Below, piece by piece: positions 9,321 through 17,966 of a DNA stretch of 64,000 nucleotides. The translations under genes and the position numbers were made by a program. The notes below the pieces were generated by a model. It worked only from the letters and a program-made list of their open reading frames with translations. It was not told the origin of the DNA and made no database searches. Each line of letters opens with the position of its first letter. Positions within the stretch are counted from its first letter, which is position 1. Source of the stretch: a virus; the IMG/VR virus record IMGVR_UViG_3300029999_000001, positions 3,557-67,556 of that record; one strand, written 5' to 3'.

Positions 9321-9563
9321 TTAAGCGCGCTGGATCTCCGGCAGGTACCTGAGCGTCTCCCGGTCGAAGATCCGCATCGTCCCCCGTGTGATCCCGAGTG
9401 ACGTCTTCACAGGCGCCCCGGCGAAGTTGGCTGGCTGGCCGATCTCCGCCCAGTCCGCCGGATGCAGGAACACTTCCGGGTCAGGCGGGTAGTACCGCGT
9501 CCAGACTTCTTCCCAGGTGAAGTTCATCGTCCGCCACAGCGGGTGGCTCGTGTCGGGCACCAT
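9321..9563 (-). CDS. Antisense hypothetical protein (leaderless)
   Basis: CATCCT -10-like box 6 nt before ATG 9563 (MVPDTSHPLW...). Confidence 0.55.
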   Translation of the reverse strand: MVPDTSHPLWRTMNFTWEEVWTRYYPPDPEVFLHPADWAEIGQPANFAGAPVKTSLGITRGTMRIFDRETLRYLPEIQRA

Positions 9564-9589
9564 ACGCTCAGGATGCCAGCGGAGGGCAG

Positions 9590-9877
9590 GTGAGCGTGAC
9601 CCCGTGCCCGTCGCTCCCAACGGCCTATTGCGCGCCCGGTCAGCGGGTCTACGCCGGGATCATCCTCGCGCTCAAAGGCGAGCAGGTCGCAGACATCGTG
9701 GAGCATCCGTGGCTGGACGGCCGGACGGATGTCCTAATCGTCAATCCGGCCGTGTTTGACCTGCCCAAATTCGAGCCGGGCGACTTCCGGGTGACCGAGG
9801 GCAGGTGGCCGTGGCCTCGCCCCCTCACCTGTTCTGCGACATCGACGGCGTGCTGGCCTTCCAGCCCGAGGGCCTGA
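9590..9877 (+). CDS. Hypothetical protein
   Basis: ORF track; 3' end overlaps the HAD gene. Confidence 0.45.
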   Translation: MSVTPCPSLPTAYCAPGQRVYAGIILALKGEQVADIVEHPWLDGRTDVLIVNPAVFDLPKFEPGDFRVTEGRWPWPRPLTCSATSTACWPSSPRA

Positions 9878-10377
9878 TCCTCGCGATCAACGCCCGCTTC
9901 GGAACCTCCCATCTCGTCCCCGAGGCGACGACCTACCCGTTCTATGCCACCCTCCCGCCACGGCAGCAGGTGTGGGCGCAGGCGAACCGGGCCCTGATCG
10001 CCGCGAACCTGGCCCCGGACACGATCGCTGTCCGCGCTATCCAGAAGGCGGCCAAGGCCGGTATCCCGGTCACCATCTGCACGGAACGCCCCCCGGTCAT
10101 GGAAGCGCTGACCCGCGCTTGGCTGGCTTACTGGGGCGTTCCCGGCGCCGATGACGCGCAAGTGGCCGGGCCGGGCGGCAAAGAGGTGCTTCTGGAGCCG
10201 TACGGGGACACCGCGCCCGCCGTGCTGATTGATGACAAACCCGGCAACGAGGCGCTCGCCCGGCCCGGCGTGCAGGTGTGGGTGCCCTCCCGGCCATGGA
10301 CGCCGGACGGTGACCCGCCAGCCGGTGTATGGCGGTTCACCGACTGGCGGGACGTTAAGAAGAAGCTCAAGCTCTAG
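9805..10377 (+). CDS. HAD-superfamily hydrolase (nucleotidase-like)
   Basis: Motif I FCDIDGVL, motif II ICTER, motif IV LIDDKPGN. Confidence 0.8.
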   Translation: MAVASPPHLFCDIDGVLAFQPEGLILAINARFGTSHLVPEATTYPFYATLPPRQQVWAQANRALIAANLAPDTIAVRAIQKAAKAGIPVTICTERPPVMEALTRAWLAYWGVPGADDAQVAGPGGKEVLLEPYGDTAPAVLIDDKPGNEALARPGVQVWVPSRPWTPDGDPPAGVWRFTDWRDVKKKLKL

Positions 10378-10553
10378 CGTGATCGGCGCCTCCGCCGCTG
10401 GCCCACCGGGCCGCCCACACTGAGCCAGCCACGCCGGCCCACCCGCCTACCCGCCGACACCCACGGGCGGCCACGGCCATTCAACGGCACACTGCCCCGG
10501 ATGCGAATGCCGCCGACCCTGAACGAGTCGCTGATCCTGAGTCCCATTACCGG

Positions 10554-10718
10554 TCACCTTTTCCTGATGCCTTCTATGTGCTCGCGGTATCTCGCGAGCG
10601 CCTCGTCAAGAACCACCTTGAGGGAAACGCCGCGATGTTCGGCCTCTGCCCGCGCCCACGCCGAAAGCTCGGCGGGCGGATGCCAGCCGAGCATCGGGGT
10701 CTTGTGCTTGTTCGGCAT
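10554..10718 (-). CDS. Ribbon-helix-helix DNA-binding protein (54 aa)
   Basis: Hand translation MPNKHKTPMLGWHPPAELSAWARAEAEHRGVSLKVVLDEALARY...; RHH pattern. Confidence 0.7.
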   Translation of the reverse strand: MPNKHKTPMLGWHPPAELSAWARAEAEHRGVSLKVVLDEALARYREHIEGIRKR

Positions 10719-10894
10719 CAGCGCTCGTCGGGGATGAGGTCGCGCGTCGCGATCGTGGTGCGGTTGCCGTATGGCTTGTCCCAGCGCACGTCGACCACGA
10801 GGCCGAATCCGCCATTGTCCGGCAGGTATGGCCCGGCCACGATGGTGCCGCTGCGGTTGATCAAGGTGTTGTAGACGCGCTGCCCGACCTTCAT
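10718..10894 (-). CDS. Small beta-rich protein (58 aa)
   Basis: MKVGQRVYNTLINRSGTIV...VDVRWD...; GAGGGAG RBS; TGATG coupling to the RHH gene. Confidence 0.6.
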   Translation of the reverse strand: MKVGQRVYNTLINRSGTIVAGPYLPDNGGFGLVVDVRWDKPYGNRTTIATRDLIPDER

Positions 10895-10910
10895 TCCGTC
10901 TCCCTCGCTA

Positions 10911-10952
10911 GGTGGTAAGCACCACTCTAGCCAAGGTGCTAACCACCGTCAA
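10911..10952 (-). promoter_or_regulatory. Sigma70-type promoter with inverted operator pair
   Basis: Minus strand TTGACG-17-TAGAGT; GGTGGTAAGCACC (10911-10923) and GGTGCTAACCACC (10935-10947) flank the -10 box as an inverted repeat. Confidence 0.7.
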
Positions 10953-10972
10953 GCGACACACGGAGGTCAGCG

Positions 10973-12106
10973 TTGCCGACCCTCCGGGATGCCGCCGCTG
11001 AAGCATTCGCTGCCGGCTGGGTCCTGTCGTTCGCCCCCCTCGCCAGCGACTACAAGCCCCGCGCCCTCGCCGCCATCGAACTCGCCTGCGAACGGCCCGA
11101 CGACCCGGCCATCCTCGAAGCCACCCTCCAGCTAGGGCACCTCGAAGGCATCTGGAAGACGGTCTACGACCGCCGCGACCGCCTCGTGGCCACCCACCTG
11201 AAGCGGATCACCGCCGCATGGAACGCGATCGTCTCCGGCCTGGACATCGGCCAGCTCGTCACCCGGTTCCGTTCCGCCGCCTACCTCACCGATGATGCGG
11301 CCGAATCGGAACTGGACGCGCTCACCGCGCACCTCGCCGAAGGCCGCCCGATCGGCGCCTGGCAGCCCCGCCATATCCCCGGTGCCGTCATGGCCGCGAT
11401 CAGTGAGGACCTCACCAAGAACCTCACGATCACGGAGTCGGTGAACCCGCACCGCCAGTTCTGGCGGGACACCGCCATCACGGCCGCCCTGGCCTGGCTG
11501 CGGCAGGTGTACACCGCAGACGGCTATAACGAGCTGGTCACCGCGGTTGAGGACGCGATCCGGGCCGGGATGGCTGAAGGGGAAGCCGGGGCCCTCGCTC
11601 TCGCCGCCAGCAAGCAGGGCAAGACGGGGTTTGACATCGCCGCCGCGTTCAAGGCCGCTTACGCGAAGGCCGGGAAAGGCTTCCGCATCCCCAGCCAGGC
11701 CCAGGATGTGGTGACCCGGATCATCGACGGGGCAGGCGGGGACGCAGGCCGGAAACTCGCCTCCCTCGCCGGAAACGGCGCGAGCAAGGCGGACATGGCG
11801 GATGCCGCCAGCGATGTCGTGAGCGGCCCGGATGTGCCGTCCGTGACTACCTGGACGGACTGGGGAATCTGGGCAGCGATGGGGGCGGGGGCACTAGACC
11901 TCTACGCATCCGCTGACGCCCAGACCGTCCAATGGATAACCGCCGGGGATGCGAACGTCTGCGAAAGCTGCCAGGACAACGAGGACAACAGCCCGTACCC
12001 GGTCGGCGAGGTGCCCTCGTATCCCGATCACCCTCGCTGCCGCTGTTATCTCGACTCGGACGATCCCGGGCTGTCGGCTCAGCTCATGGCCTATTACTTC
12101 GGGTGA
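10973..12106 (+). CDS. MuF-like minor head protein
   Basis: C-terminal WITAGDANVCESC...P.YPDHPRCRC MuF signature; lies between portal and protease. Confidence 0.85.
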   Translation: MPTLRDAAAEAFAAGWVLSFAPLASDYKPRALAAIELACERPDDPAILEATLQLGHLEGIWKTVYDRRDRLVATHLKRITAAWNAIVSGLDIGQLVTRFRSAAYLTDDAAESELDALTAHLAEGRPIGAWQPRHIPGAVMAAISEDLTKNLTITESVNPHRQFWRDTAITAALAWLRQVYTADGYNELVTAVEDAIRAGMAEGEAGALALAASKQGKTGFDIAAAFKAAYAKAGKGFRIPSQAQDVVTRIIDGAGGDAGRKLASLAGNGASKADMADAASDVVSGPDVPSVTTWTDWGIWAAMGAGALDLYASADAQTVQWITAGDANVCESCQDNEDNSPYPVGEVPSYPDHPRCRCYLDSDDPGLSAQLMAYYFG

Positions 12107-12369
12107 GGCTGACTGCGGGGCCTGCCTCCGCCAGCACCTTGGCCGGGCAGCGACTTCCGCCACTCCCGGATCTCTTCGAGGCGCCCGGGGAGCCAGCCGG
12201 GAATGGCGCGCTCGTCTTCCTCGCCGTCCCCGATCCACGCATCCGGCTGGGGGAACGGTGTGGGTGAGTTGCGGTAGCGGTTGCGCCACGTCGCGACTTG
12301 ATGGCGGCTGACGCCGAGTCTGCGGCCGATGGCGGCTTGCCCGAGGTAGCGGGCTGGCTCGCTCAGCAC
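12094..12369 (-). CDS. HTH DNA-binding protein (AlpA/MerR-like)
   Basis: YLGQAAIGRRLGVSRHQVATWRNRY...FPQPD...PGW; probable GTG start at 12369. Confidence 0.75.
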   Translation of the reverse strand: MLSEPARYLGQAAIGRRLGVSRHQVATWRNRYRNSPTPFPQPDAWIGDGEEDERAIPGWLPGRLEEIREWRKSLPGQGAGGGRPRSQPHPK

Positions 12370-12707
12370 CGGTTGCACCATGAGTCGCGCGTGTCGTTGT
12401 GCTCGCCGCGCTCGTGGGCCTGAAGCCGCTCAAGATCGCGCTGGGCGTGGCCCGCAGCCACATACGCGCGGCAGCTGCGAAGGTTCCCGCCCATGCTCAC
12501 CATGATGCGGCTGGCCTTGTGGATGATCAGCCAAGGCGTACCGGACGAGTCTTCGCGGTCGAACGCCCACACGCCGTCCGCCGTCTCGGCACCCCAGCAC
12601 TCGGCCTTCTCGGTGACCGCTGTTCCGCGGCGGATGAACCGCTTGTGCATCCGGGTCTTGATGATCGGGGCGAGCGGAGTGCTGGTCTTGGTAGCCATGG
12701 TGGTCAC
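12363..12707 (-). CDS. Hypothetical protein
   Basis: ORF track; part of a three-gene antisense cassette. Confidence 0.6.
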   Translation of the reverse strand: MTTMATKTSTPLAPIIKTRMHKRFIRRGTAVTEKAECWGAETADGVWAFDREDSSGTPWLIIHKASRIMVSMGGNLRSCRAYVAAGHAQRDLERLQAHERGEHNDTRDSWCNRC

Positions 12708-12958
12708 CGTCCTGCGATGAGGCCGGGGATGCCGGGGCCGGCGAGGTGAGTGAAGGTGGTCAGGGCGTCGTCGCCGTCCTCGGTGCTGACGGCCCAGGTG
12801 TTGGGGCCGGTGGTGTCGACGCCGGCGGGGCGGCTGGTGCGGGGGGCGGGCTGCGGCTTGGCGGCCTGCATGGCGCGGAACTTGGCGCGGGCGGCCTGCT
12901 CGGCGTCGCTGATCTGGCCGTTCACCAGGTTCGTGATCCAGGCCTCGTAGCTCTCCAC
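12704..12958 (-). CDS. Hypothetical protein
   Basis: TAAGGAGG RBS before GTG 12958. Confidence 0.65.
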   Translation of the reverse strand: MESYEAWITNLVNGQISDAEQAARAKFRAMQAAKPQPAPRTSRPAGVDTTGPNTWAVSTEDGDDALTTFTHLAGPGIPGLIAGR

Positions 12959-12991
12959 TGCCGCCTCCTTACCTCGTTTGCTTATGTCTCA

Positions 12992-13021
12992 AGGTTAACG
13001 CCGGGCACGAAACCTTGTCAA
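12992..13021 (-). promoter_or_regulatory. Sigma70-type promoter of the antisense cassette
   Basis: TTGACA-18-TAACCT on the minus strand, with nearby AAACCT/AGGTTT inverted repeats. Confidence 0.7.
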
Positions 13022-13087
13022 CACTTGTCATGAGGTTTCCCGTGTCCTTCCTTTCCTGACCGCTGACCGACGAAAGGGAGGCTGATT

Positions 13088-13516
13088 GTGGGCCAGGTCG
13101 CTGACCGCGCAACCCTCATCTGGAGCCTCACCAACTCCGGTATCGGCACGACCATCACCACCAGCGGGAACAGCGGTGGCTACTCGTCCGCCACCCCGAA
13201 CGCCCGCACAGCCGTGGATCTCCGCTACGGGTGGGCCGATGACGTAGAGATCATGGTCTACGTGGCCGGCAAGACCTCCACGCCGACGCTGATGGTCGGT
13301 CTCGGTGTCTACGACGACCAGGGGAACCTGTACCAGCCGACCGCGCTTCAGCTCACACCGATACTCACGAGCGTTCCGATCGGGTCACTGCTCGCGGCCG
13401 GCCGGCACGCCGGGACGGCTGGCACCTACATCTCGCTCCCGGAATGGGGGCAGATCTACTGGACCTGCTCCGGCGGGACCTGTACTGGCGTCGAGATCGC
13501 GCTGTACGGACGGTGA
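13088..13516 (+). CDS. Beta-rich hypothetical (possibly structural) protein
   Basis: GGGAGG RBS; Gly/Thr/Ser-rich beta pattern; in the head module. Confidence 0.65.
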   Translation: MGQVADRATLIWSLTNSGIGTTITTSGNSGGYSSATPNARTAVDLRYGWADDVEIMVYVAGKTSTPTLMVGLGVYDDQGNLYQPTALQLTPILTSVPIGSLLAAGRHAGTAGTYISLPEWGQIYWTCSGGTCTGVEIALYGR

Positions 13517-13520
13517 CGGG

Positions 13521-14060
13521 CTACGCTGCCGCGTGGTCCAGGCGGCAGCGGTCACCGTCACGCTTGGAGTTGTTGCGCGGCTGGCAGAGCGTCTGGTAGC
13601 CCTCGGGGAATCCGCTCCTGATCAGCCAGTTGTACATGCCTGAGCCGCCCTTGGTGCCGAGTTCCCGGCGGTGGGCCTCTCCGCCGCCATTGACGTGATC
13701 GATTGCGGGGGCATCGGCGGTACCGCAGCAGGCACAGGACCAGCCGTAATGATCGAACACGGCCGCCCGGTTCTTTTGATTCCGCTCCCGGTCTACCTCG
13801 CGACAGCGCTCAAGGTTCTCATCCCGCCACTGACGGCTGGCCTCGCGCTGGCGCTCAGGGTTCTCCTGCCGCCATCGGCGGGTGGCCTCGTTCGTGCGTG
13901 CCCGGTTCGCCTGCCTGTGGTGGCGAGAAGCCTCGGTGTGACAAGCGCGGCACCAGCTGTCGATCCCGTCGCGGTTCCTGGCCGCCCGCGGAAACTGATC
14001 TAGCGGCTTAGTCTCGCCGCATTTGGTGCAGGTCTTCTGCTGGGCCATAGGCTCAGTCAT
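13521..14060 (-). CDS. HNH-type endonuclease, possibly degenerate
   Basis: KTCTKCGETKP...CRAC zinc finger; CACC...IDHVNGGG...TLCQPRNNSK, where the second Cys of the usual CxxC-N is Arg. Confidence 0.75.
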   Translation of the reverse strand: MTEPMAQQKTCTKCGETKPLDQFPRAARNRDGIDSWCRACHTEASRHHRQANRARTNEATRRWRQENPERQREASRQWRDENLERCREVDRERNQKNRAAVFDHYGWSCACCGTADAPAIDHVNGGGEAHRRELGTKGGSGMYNWLIRSGFPEGYQTLCQPRNNSKRDGDRCRLDHAAA

Positions 14061-14093
14061 TAGGTCATCCCCTGGTTGCTCAGGTGGTGGCTA

Positions 14094-14135
14094 GGCCCGC
14101 CCGGTGTTTCCGCACTAGGCGGGCCGTTTGCTTTT
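14094..14135. promoter_or_regulatory. Hairpin upstream of the HNH gene (terminator or structured leader)
   Basis: GGCCCGCC...GGCGGGCC stem followed by GTTTGCTTTT on the plus strand. Confidence 0.5.
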
Positions 14136-14194
14136 GATCTTACCAAACGTGCAGGTCAGTATGCTGACCGACACCATTGAGAGGCTGCGCGACT

Positions 14195-14506
14195 ATGAGC
14201 TACAGCGTCTTCCTCACGGGCCCCCTGAGTCAGGGCGCCTCCGTACCGGGATCTCCTTGGAGTAACGGCAACACCTTTGTAAACACCACCTGGACCTTTG
14301 AGTGGAGCGACCCCACTGACTCTTCGGCAACGGCCATTCTGTATGGATCTACCGACGGCGGGTCGACTTGGTTTGTGCTCGGCTCTGTCGTTAGCGGTTC
14401 GCCGAGTCCGCAGTTCTTCACTGGCAAGCCGATCAATCAGGTCAAGGTGATGGTTCTAGCGGCGGCGTCCGGCAACACCCTCACATCGCAGATCGCCGGC
14501 CTGTAG
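14195..14506 (+). CDS. Small beta-rich protein
   Basis: GAGAGG RBS; MSYSVFLTGP...; beta-sandwich-like pattern. Confidence 0.6.
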   Translation: MSYSVFLTGPLSQGASVPGSPWSNGNTFVNTTWTFEWSDPTDSSATAILYGSTDGGSTWFVLGSVVSGSPSPQFFTGKPINQVKVMVLAAASGNTLTSQIAGL

Positions 14507-14580
14507 TCACAGGATCAGCCTGTACGGCCGCTGAGGGCCGCCTCTTCCGCATCTACCAAGCCCGAAAGGGGCGCTTTGCA

Positions 14581-14913
14581 GTGGCTAAGGATTGGATCAT
14601 CACGCCGTATGACGACAACGGATACTGCTCCGTCGCCCGGCTGACGAACACACTCACCTACACCGGCGGCGTTGTCAGCGCCAGCGCTGGACGCCTGCTC
14701 AAGGTCACCGTCACCACCGCGTTCGTGGGTGCCAGCGGCGTCCTCACCTTCTACGACAACGCGGGTGCCGCATCCGGCACTCCGCTGCTGGCCATCCCCG
14801 TCGCCCAGGGCGTCTCCGGCGCGGTCTTCACCATCGATCTGCCTGTCGTGAACGGCATCTTCGCCGGCAACGCGAGCCTCACGGCCGGCGGCGTCACCGT
14901 CGGCTACGCCTGA
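14581..14913 (+). CDS. Small beta-rich protein, paralogue 1
   Basis: Shares YDD.G, GRL.KV.VT, TFYDNA.A.SGT.L and GYA C-terminus with 14980..15294. Confidence 0.75.
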   Translation: MAKDWIITPYDDNGYCSVARLTNTLTYTGGVVSASAGRLLKVTVTTAFVGASGVLTFYDNAGAASGTPLLAIPVAQGVSGAVFTIDLPVVNGIFAGNASLTAGGVTVGYA

Positions 14914-14979
14914 TCGTCCCTGGCCGCTGAGGCCACATCAGACCGGACCCGCGACAAGCCCGAGAGGGGCACTTCCGTC

Positions 14980-15294
14980 ATGGCCAAGAACCAGCTTGCC
15001 ACCGAGTACGACGACGCTGGATTCCCCGCGTCAGCCACGTTCACCTACCCGATCTCGGCCGCAGGCACTTTCACGGTCAAGGCCGGCCCCGGGCGGCTTG
15101 TGAAGGTGTCCGTCACCGCAAGCAGCACGGGTGCGGTCACCATCTACGACAACGCCTCTGCGGGTTCCGGCACGATCCTCTGGTCTGGCACGAGCCCCGT
15201 CGTCGGCGTGTACGACGTGAACCTGCCCGCCGTCAACGGGATCACCGTTGTGGCCGCCGCATCGCCGTCCACGGTGACTCTCGGCTACGCCTGA
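14980..15294 (+). CDS. Small beta-rich protein, paralogue 2
   Basis: See paralogue 1; conserved upstream motifs. Confidence 0.75.
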   Translation: MAKNQLATEYDDAGFPASATFTYPISAAGTFTVKAGPGRLVKVSVTASSTGAVTIYDNASAGSGTILWSGTSPVVGVYDVNLPAVNGITVVAAASPSTVTLGYA

Positions 15295-15297
15295 GCC

Positions 15298-15537
15298 ATG
15301 GCCGCATCCCGTGGCCTGCAGCGGCAGGCGCAAGCCAACGCTGAGGCTGAGCGGCGCACAGAGTTCGTTGCCCGGCTGCTGCTGGCCATGGAAGACCCGG
15401 AAGTCGCTCAGGCTGTCGCGGACGCCCTCCGCGTCGTACAGGCCCGGAAAGCGCGCCGTACTGGCTCGTCCGTCACGTCCGCGGGGGCCGCGAGGGACCT
15501 GAAAGCACAGCGGCTCGCGGCACGAGGGAGGCGCTGA
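15298..15537 (+). CDS. Hypothetical protein
   Basis: ORF track; coupled to the next gene. Confidence 0.55.
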   Translation: MAASRGLQRQAQANAEAERRTEFVARLLLAMEDPEVAQAVADALRVVQARKARRTGSSVTSAGAARDLKAQRLAARGRR

Positions 15538-16016
15538 TGGACGGCGAACGCACGATGACACAGACCGCGCCGTTCCCCAGTGCGCTGGCCTACCTGGTGA
15601 AGTGCTTCCGGTACCGGCCCGGATGGAAATTTCACCTGGCCGACATGGACCGCGGGCAGGGCAGCGCGGGCCTGACGCTCGACATCATCACTCTCGGGTA
15701 CGACAGCTACCACCCGGATCGTGGCGAGAACTACCGGGTCCACCACTACATGATCGTGCCGGCCGCCTCCTACGGCTACGAGTCGTGGCAACGGTGGCTG
15801 TTCGATCAGTGCCTTGAGGTTGAGCGGCACGAGGCGATGGAGTTCTTCGCCGTCAGCGACAGCCCTGGCAGTGAGCATTTCGTGCGGCCGTTCGCGCCGA
15901 ACCATGGCCACGGTGAGAACCCGTACGTCGTTCATGACCTGACTACCGGCGAGGCCAGGCGCACGTCGTTCCGGAATGTGGTCGACGATGACGGCACCGG
16001 GCGCAGCAAGTCATGA
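15537..16016 (+). CDS. Hypothetical phage protein
   Basis: GGGAGG RBS; YRPGW, ERHEAMEFF and PFAPNHG motifs. Confidence 0.65.
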   Translation: MDGERTMTQTAPFPSALAYLVKCFRYRPGWKFHLADMDRGQGSAGLTLDIITLGYDSYHPDRGENYRVHHYMIVPAASYGYESWQRWLFDQCLEVERHEAMEFFAVSDSPGSEHFVRPFAPNHGHGENPYVVHDLTTGEARRTSFRNVVDDDGTGRSKS

Positions 16017-16028
16017 TCGGCAGGTCTG

Positions 16029-17966
16029 ATGGCTAAGACGATCGCGACCGTCTCCGGTGTCGCTCTCGCACCCGGCGTGTCCAGGAACGGCCGGCTCTAC
16101 ACCCGCGAGGCCATCGCCAAAGCGATCGTGCGGGCACAGGGCCGTCTCGCCGATGGCGAAACAGTCGACTTGACCTATCGCGATGAGCCGATGACTCAGC
16201 TGACCCATCACGCGGCCGAGGATGACAGTTCGCGGATCGTCGGGCGGATCACCTCCCTGAGCCTCGGTGAAGACGGGAAGGCCCACTATTCGGCCGCCAT
16301 TGCGGACACGCCGCACGGGCACACCATCGCGAACTTGCTGGACACCAGCGACGGCCAGCCGCCGTTCCTCAAGGGTGTCTCGATCCGCGGTGCATGGCTA
16401 GGCAAGGTCCGCCGCATAAAGGGCCCGGACGGCTCAGCCGTAGAAACCGCCGATGACCTGGAACTCGATGGCCTGGACTACACCCGCAAGCCGGGTGTCC
16501 CTGGCGCGGGCGTTGAGACCTTCGCCTGGGCCAGGGACGGAGCCAATGAGACCACCGAGCGCGTGCTCATCACTGAAAGCGCGGAGGCGTGCGTGACAAC
16601 CCTCACCGAAGAGACCGCGCCGGTAAGCGAGGTCATGCCCGCAGACGTGCGGGAGGCGACGCGGGAACTGCTGCCGCTGGAGCGCCCGCACCTGCTCGCC
16701 AACGGCCTGTGCGAGACCTGCACGGAGATCGGCGAGGCCGCCACGGTCGCCCTGTCGAAACGCAGCGCCGGACTGCAGGGCAAGAGCGGCACCACCTACG
16801 CGGACCCCGGCTACCAGCCGGACAAGAAGCAGCGGTATGAGCTGGACACCAAAGCTCACGTCAGGGCCGCCTGGTCGTTCATCAGCCAGGCGAGCAACGC
16901 CAAGCTGTACACCCCCGCGCAGCTCAAGCGGATCAAGGGCCGGATCAAGGCCGCAGCCGGGAAGTTCGGCATCACGATCGCGACGGAAGGCTGGACGATC
17001 GACCCGGCTCTCCAGCTCACTGAGGCCGTGACCGAGTTCTACGGCGGTGACCCGGAAACCGCGGGCTCCTACACCCTCACCGCCTCCAACGGGCCGACCA
17101 CGGTCACCGTGTGCTCCTACGGCCTTGACCCCGCCGACCTCGCCGTGATCCTGCAGAAGGCCTGCGATGGTGCCGGAAGCGCGCTGGCGTCCCTGGACCC
17201 GGACATGGACGGCGACATTGACGTGCCCGGTGCGGACGCTGAGGACACCGACGGTGACATGAACGGTGACGGGATCGATGACCTCGCCACCCGGCTCGCC
17301 GCCGCATTCAAGGGCGAGTCCGGCGAGGATCCGAAGACGGTTCTCGCCGAGGCCTTCGCCAATCCCCCCGCGGCCGAGGCCGCACCCGCTGAACCCCCGG
17401 CGCCGGACGCCGGACCGCACACAGAAACGGAGGATCCCGCCATGGGCGAGACCACCACGCAGGAGGCGGTCGTGCAGGCCCCGGCCGCCGCACCCGCTGT
17501 CAGTGTCCCCGAGGATCTGGTCGCCAGGTACCAGAAGAAGCTGGCGAAGAAGGAAGCGAAGAAGCGGCTCGCCGCGGCCAAGCCGGCCGAGTCCGCCCCG
17601 GCCGCACCCGTCGCCGAGACCACCACCGAGACCGCCGATGAGCGGATCGCCCGCCTCGTTGAGGAGAAGGTCACCGCGAAGCTCGCGGAGACGGCCGTCA
17701 CCGAGACCGAGGACCAGCGCATCGAGCGGCTCGTCAGCGAACGGCTCGTGGCGGAGAAGCAGGGCGCTGTCGCTGGCGGTGGCGGCCCGGGACGCAAGGG
17801 CCTGGTCACCGAGCACACGGCTGCCCGCACGGGCGGTGAGATCCCCGAGGGCTACCCGATGAAAGACGGCGTGATGAAGCCGATGGAGCAGTGGACCGAG
17901 GATGAGCGCCGCGTCGCCGGCGCGGTCCTGCAGCAGCACGTCCTCGGCGACCGCGCCGTCTACTGA
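16029..17966 (+). CDS. Prohead protease-scaffold fusion with DUF6582-like domain
   Basis: SRNGRLY, His cluster and GVSIRG (compare T4 gp21 GVSSRG); central YADPGYQ.DKKQRYELDT..HVRAAWSFI; acidic coiled-coil C-terminus. Confidence 0.85.
   Translation: MAKTIATVSGVALAPGVSRNGRLYTREAIAKAIVRAQGRLADGETVDLTYRDEPMTQLTHHAAEDDSSRIVGRITSLSLGEDGKAHYSAAIADTPHGHTIANLLDTSDGQPPFLKGVSIRGAWLGKVRRIKGPDGSAVETADDLELDGLDYTRKPGVPGAGVETFAWARDGANETTERVLITESAEACVTTLTEETAPVSEVMPADVREATRELLPLERPHLLANGLCETCTEIGEAATVALSKRSAGLQGKSGTTYADPGYQPDKKQRYELDTKAHVRAAWSFISQASNAKLYTPAQLKRIKGRIKAAAGKFGITIATEGWTIDPALQLTEAVTEFYGGDPETAGSYTLTASNGPTTVTVCSYGLDPADLAVILQKACDGAGSALASLDPDMDGDIDVPGADAEDTDGDMNGDGIDDLATRLAAAFKGESGEDPKTVLAEAFANPPAAEAAPAEPPAPDAGPHTETEDPAMGETTTQEAVVQAPAAAPAVSVPEDLVARYQKKLAKKEAKKRLAAAKPAESAPAAPVAETTTETADERIARLVEEKVTAKLAETAVTETEDQRIERLVSERLVAEKQGAVAGGGGPGRKGLVTEHTAARTGGEIPEGYPMKDGVMKPMEQWTEDERRVAGAVLQQHVLGDRAVY

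Noticed and set aside
16434-17939. 501-aa minus-strand ORF, and similar long shadows such as 25173-25961, 35618-36802, 38961-40478 and 53696-55078
   Set aside because: Antisense or off-frame shadows of clear genes, expected at this GC content; no motifs, Arg/Gly/Pro-biased.
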